DNA from: Candidatus Woesearchaeota archaeon
GTDB taxonomy: Archaea; Nanobdellota; Nanobdellia; Woesearchaeales; UBA9642
Direction of reading: 5' to 3'
NCBI GenBank assembly: GCA_003599145.1
Contig: QZIT01000005.1
Location: forward strand, 320,330-384,329
Length of the DNA stretch: 64,000 nt
The translations under genes and the position numbers were made by a program. Of this stretch, positions 8,710 through 17,000 are shown piece by piece. Below the pieces are notes generated by a model. The model made no database searches. It worked only from the letters and a program-made list of their open reading frames with translations, and was not told the DNA's origin. Positions within the stretch are counted from its first letter, which is position 1, and every line of letters begins with the position of its first letter.

Positions 8710-11700
8710 GTTGCCTATATACTCGTGCACGGCATCAATCGCCTCAACAAGAGAAGGTTTTCTCGCTGCAGATTTCTGTAAAAACTGATAAAGATCCCGC
8801 AAGGTGCAGGTATTATCTTTTAAACTTAGAGGAGTGATGAATTTCTGTTGCAAGGCGCTCGTAAAAAAAACCATGTCAATGCCAAAAACATTTTGCACCA
8901 TTCTCTGGTCAACAACCGTATCTCCAACATCTCCCTGCAAAGCAGCAGCATATCCGTTGCCATCCTGTGCTTTTTTAATTATTTTTCCTGTGCCAGGCTT
9001 AGTGTCTGTTGCGGGAATGGCAAAGCTTTCATCAGGCACTTTAGAATAATCAGGAATTATTACTTTTTTTTCATGAGCAGGAAGAACCGTTGGATGCGCG
9101 AGTTTATATGCATTAACTGCAGTAGTGCAAGCCGTCGCCAACTGCTTCAGCGCTTTGTCTTTCATACCCGAAGCGTTGCCTGAAAATAAATAATCCAATG
9201 CAGCCTTGAGTGTAGTAGTTCCATCGTTTTCTACATACAAGCGTCCTGTTGCTTTTGCGCTTTGAATAACAGGCAAGGGAAGGTTGCTTAATGTGCTAAG
9301 CTCTTTCATCGATAAAACAGTATCCAAAGTATACGTCGGCTGTACCACGGGCGTTGGAGATTCTGGTGCAGATAAAACGGGTGTTGCAGCAAGTTGCTCC
9401 AACGTCTGTAATCTTTCACCTAGAACGCTTAGAATTTTTGGATTTGCATCAGAAACCTGTTGAGCATAAGCAAACAATGCAGGAGAATCTTTGCACAGGG
9501 AAGTTAAAAAATCCAGTTTTGTAGAAGTAGAAAAACCGTGAACAAGATAGCTAAGAAAATCGGAAAGGAGAACGCCGTCTTTATGGCGCGGCAATGCCTT
9601 TGCGATTAAAAGATTATCAATATATCTTCCTCGGTGACTGGCGATGTCTGCAAGGTCAGCAACGCGCATAACTGTTTCAGGAGTATAGAGAGAAGGTTTA
9701 ACAGCAACATCTGTTTTTTCTGTATCTAAAGCACGCGATGTATCTATTTCAATAGGGTCTTGTTCTTTCAAGAAATCATCAACTGACTGTACATTTCTCC
9801 GCAAAGTTGCCAATGCAGTCTCTTTTTTTTGTGTTTGCCTGCCTGAAGTTAAATAACCAAGGTAATCCTGTAAAGTAACGCTTTTATTACTTTCTTGGGA
9901 TTTTAAACGTCCACCTGCAACTGCCTGAGATAAAGCAGAATAGTTTGCTCCAGAAAGCCGAGAAATCTCAGCCAAGGATAAGGATGAATCTAACGTATAA
10001 ACTGGAGGGTTAGGGGGCGTTGCAGGGATATCTGCTGGAGGAACATCAGCAGGAGGTGTATCTATGGGAGTTGCAGGAACATCTGATGGAACAGCTAACG
10101 TGTTTTCATCTGAAACAACCGATGCACTTTTTGAAATAACATATGCCTCTGCACCTGCAACATTCTTTCTTATAACGGCTAGTGCTCTTTTTTTTGCTTG
10201 AAATTGAGGGCCTGTAAGGAGAGAATCAATATAATCGCTCATAAGCACTGCACTTCCTTGCGTTTTAAGAGTGCCCTGATTTATACGATGACTAACGGCA
10301 CTATCCGTAACCTGCACTAACTCAGCAAGCTCATGAACAGAAAGCAAAGAATCTAAGGTGTATTCTGTTTCAGCAAAACTAGAGGAGTGTGGCGTTTCAA
10401 CAGATGACTCTTCTGTCTCTACTGCAACTGTTTTTGTAACATATTCTTGAAATTGCGGAGCATTCTTGCAAATGGCATCAAGAAGTTGTTTTTTTAAAGA
10501 AGTTGCCCTTCCTCCTTTCAAATAATCCAAAACTTCTCTTACTGCTAAAGCACTGCCATCGCGAAAAGGCAAATCAGCGACGTGAGGTAAATTCTTAAAG
10601 TATTGCGCCTTGTATCCAGAAAGTTCTGCTAATTCAGTAGAAATAAGAACAGAGTCGAGCGTGTACGCTTTTGCTTTTGTTAACACATCAGTTCCTAATG
10701 GCGGTAAAGGAACTGTTTCTCCATCTGCTAAAAACGGAGTTATCAAATCAGGAACTATTCCTTTTAACGCAGCAATGGCATTTCTCTTTGACTCGCTTGT
10801 TCTTCCTGAAGTAAGATAGATTAAACCATCTTCAAGGGTTAGCAACATATCTCCCTCTTTTTTCTCCGTATTAAGGTTTCCCTTTCGAGCTGACTTGTAT
10901 AACGCATCAGAGCTTATTCCCGTTAAACTCGCAAATGCATCAATAGTAAATGCTGATTTCAACGTGTAGACTGGCTTATCTATCTGTTCTGCTGTCGTTT
11001 CTACAGTCGCTCCTTTGTCGAGAGCAGTTCCTGCAAGATGCGTTGCAACACAGGGAACATTGTTCATCAAATTATGCAAAGCATCTGCTTTAGACTTGGT
11101 GTTCATTCCTGAAGTTAAATAACCAATATAATCAGAAAGCTTTACCTCAGTATTCACATTTTTGCCTGTTCCTTCAAGACGATGAGTTGTTACTGCGGCT
11201 AGTATAGTTTCCCACGATACGTCTGCAAGTTTTGCAAGCGTTCTGACGTCAAGTACTGTATCCATCGCATATTTTGAAGGGTCTGGCAAAAGATACTCAT
11301 CTATATTTTGTGTTTTTCTAAACGTCTCAACGAGCTCAGGCATTTCTTTATGCAAGCATTCAAGGAAATCACTTTTATGCTGCGTTATTCTTCCTGTTGT
11401 CAAATAGGTTAAAAACTCAAAAAGCATGATTCCTTGGTTATGAAGAGTTAGCCTTCTCGCATGAATGACATTGTCAAAATACTTTGGCTCAACGCCGAGA
11501 AGGTCTGCTAAAGCAGTAACTTTCATATACTGTCTTAAATCATTTGGAATATCTGAATGAACAGTCGATAAAGAATGTTTCTCTCCTCTAAAAACGGCAT
11601 CAAGAACAACAGAGATTCCTTTTTCTTTCAATGCATCATCAAAAGGTTTTCCGTCTAAAAGTGAAACAGCATGAATCTTCTCAAACATGCCATCGGTATT

Positions 11701-12246
11701 TAAAAGCAAATAGGCTTCTGGAATGTCTGCAAATACAATCGCTTTTCTGTTTTTTCCAATAATTTTTTTGATAATGCCTTCAACGCCTTGTCTTAGCGTC
11801 GTATATTCTATTAAAAAGTCATCATTTTGATCCCAAACATTTCTCAGTGATTCATAAAAATATGCCTGTGCATGAACCTGCTGTTCTGAGAAAAATAACG
11901 AAGTAGTATTTTTCACTGCCGCAGTTGAGAGTCTAACCACGTCTTTTTCAGTGCTGAATGTTAAAATTCCAGAAACATCCTCCTCAGTACTTGCCGTAAA
12001 CCCATAATAATGGGGAACAACTATCTGCATAGGCTGTACTTTTTTTCGTTTATCTTCTTTTTTATCTCCTGATGCAACGATGCCCTGTGGCTGTAAAAAT
12101 CCTTGAAAGCTTCTTGCAAGTTCCTCTGCAAAGCTTAAATGCCTCTGCTCTTCAAAGGCTCTAAAAACATCTTGCTTTACTGTTGCTATGATTGCCTGCA
12201 AATTCATCGTTGCCGAGAACCAATGATTGTATTTAAACGTTTCCAT
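8695..12246 (-). CDS. giant cytoplasmic protein with ~9 tandem HTH-like repeat modules (novel architecture)
   Basis: There is no signal peptide. Repeats of ~75-90 aa open with '(V/Y)YTLDS.LS..ELA.LSG' and end with 'L.DYL.YLTSG'. The opening looks like an excisionase/MerR-type HTH. Example copies begin at protein positions ~405, 480, 560, 640, 730, 815 and 890. A Pro-rich linker 'PSDVPATPIDTPPADVPPADIPATPPNPP' interrupts the array. The 3' end overlaps polB by 15 nt (convergent). Confidence 0.6.
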   Translation of the reverse strand: METFKYNHWFSATMNLQAIIATVKQDVFRAFEEQRHLSFAEELARSFQGFLQPQGIVASGDKKEDKRKKVQPMQIVVPHYYGFTASTEEDVSGILTFSTEKDVVRLSTAAVKNTTSLFFSEQQVHAQAYFYESLRNVWDQNDDFLIEYTTLRQGVEGIIKKIIGKNRKAIVFADIPEAYLLLNTDGMFEKIHAVSLLDGKPFDDALKEKGISVVLDAVFRGEKHSLSTVHSDIPNDLRQYMKVTALADLLGVEPKYFDNVIHARRLTLHNQGIMLFEFLTYLTTGRITQHKSDFLECLHKEMPELVETFRKTQNIDEYLLPDPSKYAMDTVLDVRTLAKLADVSWETILAAVTTHRLEGTGKNVNTEVKLSDYIGYLTSGMNTKSKADALHNLMNNVPCVATHLAGTALDKGATVETTAEQIDKPVYTLKSAFTIDAFASLTGISSDALYKSARKGNLNTEKKEGDMLLTLEDGLIYLTSGRTSESKRNAIAALKGIVPDLITPFLADGETVPLPPLGTDVLTKAKAYTLDSVLISTELAELSGYKAQYFKNLPHVADLPFRDGSALAVREVLDYLKGGRATSLKKQLLDAICKNAPQFQEYVTKTVAVETEESSVETPHSSSFAETEYTLDSLLSVHELAELVQVTDSAVSHRINQGTLKTQGSAVLMSDYIDSLLTGPQFQAKKRALAVIRKNVAGAEAYVISKSASVVSDENTLAVPSDVPATPIDTPPADVPPADIPATPPNPPVYTLDSSLSLAEISRLSGANYSALSQAVAGGRLKSQESNKSVTLQDYLGYLTSGRQTQKKETALATLRRNVQSVDDFLKEQDPIEIDTSRALDTEKTDVAVKPSLYTPETVMRVADLADIASHRGRYIDNLLIAKALPRHKDGVLLSDFLSYLVHGFSTSTKLDFLTSLCKDSPALFAYAQQVSDANPKILSVLGERLQTLEQLAATPVLSAPESPTPVVQPTYTLDTVLSMKELSTLSNLPLPVIQSAKATGRLYVENDGTTTLKAALDYLFSGNASGMKDKALKQLATACTTAVNAYKLAHPTVLPAHEKKVIIPDYSKVPDESFAIPATDTKPGTGKIIKKAQDGNGYAAALQGDVGDTVVDQRMVQNVFGIDMVFFTSALQQKFITPLSLKDNTCTLRDLYQFLQKSAARKPSLVEAIDAVHEYIGNLKPA

Positions 12247-12312
12247 TAGAAAGAAAAAACAAAAGACATCCGATGGAAAGGCATATAAAGAGAAAATTAA
12301 TTCCCTTACTGA

Positions 12313-13644
12313 ATGGGGATTGAATTTTTAGTCATGCCTGAAACCGTTCAAGATACAGCACAGCAATTGCGGCATAGTATAGTTGGCCATCCGCTAAAAA
12401 AAGCAAAACAAGTTCTTGATTGTGTTATGGAAACACCTAGCGATAATGGATTTCCTCATGGATTGCATAAAGTTGGCTTTGTATGGGTCGACTGGAGAAG
12501 AGGAACCTATACGTTAAGCATTGTTGACTTTGAAGAAAAAGAACGCAATGTGCATGCCTATACCACTTGCGACAACAAAAGCCTTTCACAGGTCCTGCAA
12601 AGCGAATTTCCAAGAAACAAAAAAAATGCAATTCTTGCTCATTCTCCAAGCTTAAGCGTTGTCGTGAACACTGCATACTATGAAGAAGACCCTGAACAGA
12701 TAGCCCATATATTATCTCTTCCTTTGGCTTCAAGAAAAGTCATAGAATTCTATCATACATTGAATACTGTTTTAAGATTATATCCTGTAGCAAACGAAGC
12801 ACAAGTGAGAATATTGCTTGAGCAAAACACAACAGAAGACATTGCAATAACTGACCAGTTCATGAGCATTGTTGATGAGTTTAATCAAAAGTTCTCTAAC
12901 GAAGGAAAAGGCGTGCAGATTCAGCTAAAGGAAAAAGACAAGCTGGGAAAAAAAGACTTGGATGATGCCATTGTAAGAGCGTATGATTTTGTTGTGTGCA
13001 TAGAAGGTGTAAGCAAAAATACGTTTTGCTCGCAGGCAGAAGAATTAGATGGTTTTAAACATCACTATTTTGGATTGCATGACCATCCGCCTTCAAGGTT
13101 TACACAGCCAAAAGGAGGCTTTTCGACTCTGTTTTATGATACAGAAAGACTACAAATAAAAGGATTGGGAGGAAATGCAGTTGAAATTATTCTCCCTGAA
13201 AGAGTTACCCAATTAGGCATGATGTACGCAGTTGATCCTACTTCAAGAATCATAGAATTGTTGGCGCATTATGCGATAAAATTTGAAAATAAGCAAAGCC
13301 ATGAGGCAAAACACGCTGTATCTGCAAAAGAGCAGGGAGTTCCTCAACTTGAGCCTTCAAGGTTTGTCAACGCTATTTGCGCAGCTATGGGAACGAGCTA
13401 CAATCGTCATGCTACTGACTATGTGCCGAAGCCTGTCTATGTTGGCGTTAATGCAGATGGTGATGAAATTTCTGCATGGTTCATGAAGAGAATAGATAGA
13501 ACAAAACGAGGCCAGAGCTTTACCCAAAGAACTATAGGAGAAATAGCAAGATTAAGGGCAGATGCACTGAGAATACCTCAATATGGTCAAGCATATTATC
13601 CAGACAAACGCTTTGATAAAAGAGCAAGATTAGTGTATGGCTAG
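12313..13644 (+). CDS. hypothetical protein (443 aa)
   Basis: A long ORF with coding-like composition, transcribed divergently from the giant repeat protein. I recognise no motif. Confidence 0.45.
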   Translation: MGIEFLVMPETVQDTAQQLRHSIVGHPLKKAKQVLDCVMETPSDNGFPHGLHKVGFVWVDWRRGTYTLSIVDFEEKERNVHAYTTCDNKSLSQVLQSEFPRNKKNAILAHSPSLSVVVNTAYYEEDPEQIAHILSLPLASRKVIEFYHTLNTVLRLYPVANEAQVRILLEQNTTEDIAITDQFMSIVDEFNQKFSNEGKGVQIQLKEKDKLGKKDLDDAIVRAYDFVVCIEGVSKNTFCSQAEELDGFKHHYFGLHDHPPSRFTQPKGGFSTLFYDTERLQIKGLGGNAVEIILPERVTQLGMMYAVDPTSRIIELLAHYAIKFENKQSHEAKHAVSAKEQGVPQLEPSRFVNAICAAMGTSYNRHATDYVPKPVYVGVNADGDEISAWFMKRIDRTKRGQSFTQRTIGEIARLRADALRIPQYGQAYYPDKRFDKRARLVYG

Positions 13645-13913
13645 CTTTTTTCTATGAATCCTGACTCTGGCTCTGCCAATAAGCCGTCGTCTTTCAATTT
13701 ATCAACAGTAGAAAGCACTTCTGCTTCGCTCATGCCCTGATTCTTTGCTTCAACAATCAAATGCTCAACTTGAATTTTCTTCTTTTTTCCTGTAGTCAAA
13801 TCATCCATCAATGAAAGAATTTTTATTTTAGAATCTACTTCTGCTTCCCTTGAAACTAAGGAAGCCATTTTATTTTGAACTTTCAATAATTCTTCAAAGT
13901 CTGATTCATTCAT
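13641..13913 (-). CDS. small acidic hypothetical protein (90 aa), possibly winged-helix-like
   Basis: Converges on the previous gene with a 4-nt overlap. It is rich in Glu/Lys/Leu. Confidence 0.35.
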   Translation of the reverse strand: MNESDFEELLKVQNKMASLVSREAEVDSKIKILSLMDDLTTGKKKKIQVEHLIVEAKNQGMSEAEVLSTVDKLKDDGLLAEPESGFIEKS

Positions 13914-14050
13914 AGTACAAAGACTATACCGTTGCCATCTCCCCCATAACAGTATACTTATTGCTATATAAAAAGCTATCGGTTTTTATGCGTAATTGAG
14001 AGGGAACAAAAAAAGCAAAGTTTATAAAGAAAAATCATTATGAAACAGCC

Positions 14051-17000
14051 ATGGGTAGAGTGAAGAGGCATCATTTTTTACGAATAGGTCTAGTTGCTGT
14101 ATTTTTCATCATTCTCGGCTCTATGATTATCCATCTTGCAGACCAGCCAAGAGTAGGAAGGCCTATAGGATATGCTCCGACTTCCTTCAATTATTTCTTT
14201 CCGCTTACAGAAGGAACTGGCTTAACAATAACGGACACCACAACATCGCTGACAGGCTATTTGGAAACAAGCATCGAGCGAGACAGAACTCCTGATTGGA
14301 CCAAGATAAATCCAACAGAGTATGCATTGAATTTTTCTTATGACTCCAGCGGATTAGGAAGCGTCAGCAGATGGGTAAGAATTCCCTATCAATCAAATCT
14401 GGAGCCTCAAACATTCACGATAGAAGCGTGGGTGAGGCCAGAAGTCAACAACGGACAAGCACAGTACATCATTGTCAAGGATGGTACAAGCGCAACAGAC
14501 CAGAACACGGGTTATCGTTTATGGTATCAGCATCCAAATTACTGTTTTCAGGTAAAAAAAAGCTCAGCATGGTCTGCTGTCCAATGCAACTCAGGCTCAG
14601 GGCTAAATAACTGGGACCATGTTGCTGCAAGCTATCAGCAGTCATCAGGAACATTGGCAGTGTATGTTAACGGAAACAGCCTTTCATCAGTTACAGGCGC
14701 AGGAGCAATACAGTACAGCCAAGGAGATTTATTTATTGGCTCGCCAGGAAGAGAAACAAATCCTCAGTATAATTTTCAAGGCTTAATAGCCGATGTAGTC
14801 ATCACCAATTCAGTCAGCACATCATCAAATCCTTTTAACTTAAAGCCTAATATCGTAACAACAGGAAACTCTCCTTCAGGATTAACGCCTGATGCTATCT
14901 TTACCTGTGCATTTGATTCGAACATTCCTGGTTCTATCGAACTGCATACGGACAGAACAGGCAGCATGCAAAAAGAAAAAAGTTTCGATTATACTCAAGT
15001 TGATTATGCAAGTCTTCCTAATAACGGACAAGTGAGCTTTACGCTTACTAATCTTAATCAGGGAACGTATCAGTGGAACTGCATAGCCTATGATTTAAAT
15101 GGAAACTCCTATCAAGGCACACAAAAATCAGTTTCCATGCAGCTTGCAAGAGATTTAATAACCACTCCTAAAAATCCTGATGATAAAGAGATTTTTGAAA
15201 CAACGTTAAGTTCATTGCCAACAGCATTTCAATGCGAAGTAACTTCAACGCAGATAAAACAAGTTGAATTATGGCATAGCAATGGTGGTTGGAGCAGGAA
15301 AGGTCTGAACACCACGTTTCCTCCTGGAGTGATGTACAATATTGTTCCTACAATCAGTCAAAGCACCTATGCAAATTATCTATTGTCAGGATTTGAAGCA
15401 AATAAAGCAGCTGATGGAAATGATGCAACACTATGGGATTCAGGCACAAGAACCATATCCAATAATGGAATGATATGGGAGATAAATTTAACACAGCCCT
15501 ATACGATAAATAGATCGGTAATAAAGTGGTCTGGTCACAGCAGCTTTTCAGCAGGAAGTTGCGGTTCTAATACTGCTCAATTTATGTTCTTGAATGGTGT
15601 AAACACAAGATCTCAATTTGATGTAAATTACGCTGTAGGTGATATTATAACAGACGTTGCTGTAAATAAGCAAGGGATTAACCACATAGTAATTTTTCAG
15701 GGTACGGGGACGAGTTGCCAATTTAGAGGAACCATAAAAGAAGTTGAACTTTATTCCCAAGACTTCACTACAGGTGGAGAGGTAAACAATTGGTTAATTA
15801 ATTTTTCTTACAGCCAGCCTGAAGGAACACACACCTGGACCTGTAATGGTCTTACTATCAGCGATGCCAGACCTGTAATTACTGAAAACAGAACCGTTAT
15901 TGTTTCAAGAATACCCAGTGTCACGTTAGGAAATGTGTATGCAGGCGCTACGCTGATTAGTGGACCTTCGTATCAGACCTATCAGAGAAACCTGCGCTTC
16001 GAGTGCAGTGCAACAGGAAGCAATTTCTTAAGAAACATGACCTTGTATACAGATACAGGAGGAACATTCACGGCAAGAGAAAAGAAAACCTATAGTGGCG
16101 GCACTGCGTCTTTCACTCTTAGTGATTTAAATCCGGGAAGCTATCAATGGAATTGCTTGGCAGAAAATGCCTTTGGCACAACTGCATTTTCATCTGCAGA
16201 CAAAACAATAACTATTCTTCAGCCAACGATTGTTGCAAGATTTGACAATCCTGTTGATGGATTTACCACCACAGATAATAATGTAACATTGCAATGCAAC
16301 GGAACAGGCCATGCACAAAGCCCATTAGTAAACATGACGTTTTATGTGAAAAACACAACAGGCAATTGGACAGCAAATAAATTTCCTTATACGTCAGGAA
16401 GATTTTTATACAATCTCACAGGATTACAAACAGGAAGCTATGAATGGTATTGTGAAGTGCAAAACAGTTTTGGAGATAGTAATAGAACAGCAACCAATAG
16501 AACGTTTAACATTCAAACGCAACCGCAATACACTATTTGCCAAAATAATGCATGTGTTACCGTAAACGGCATCGGAACAAATCAGTGCAGTGCAGATGCA
16601 AATTGCCAGAGTTTATTCGGAGTTAACCTTATAAGCCCAACAGACGGATACACCAGCTACCTTGCCAATGCCAATTTTCAAATGAACTGCTCAGCAACAG
16701 GCAATACTAATGATTCTTTAAGTCTGTACACTAACCTGACAGGAACATGGCAAGAAACACAAACAAAACAATACACATCTGGAATTGCAACATTCAATCT
16801 AACATCTGTACCAGTTGGAGTTTATGTATGGAATTGCAGAGTAAATGACACGAACGGAAACTACAAATTCAATGAAACTAACAAAACATTCGCTGTACAA
16901 ACTCCCATGCATTTAGAATGCAGAAATAACGCGTGTGTTTCCGTCAACGGAGAAGGAACAAATCAATGCAACACAGATGCAAACTGTCAAAATATTATGG

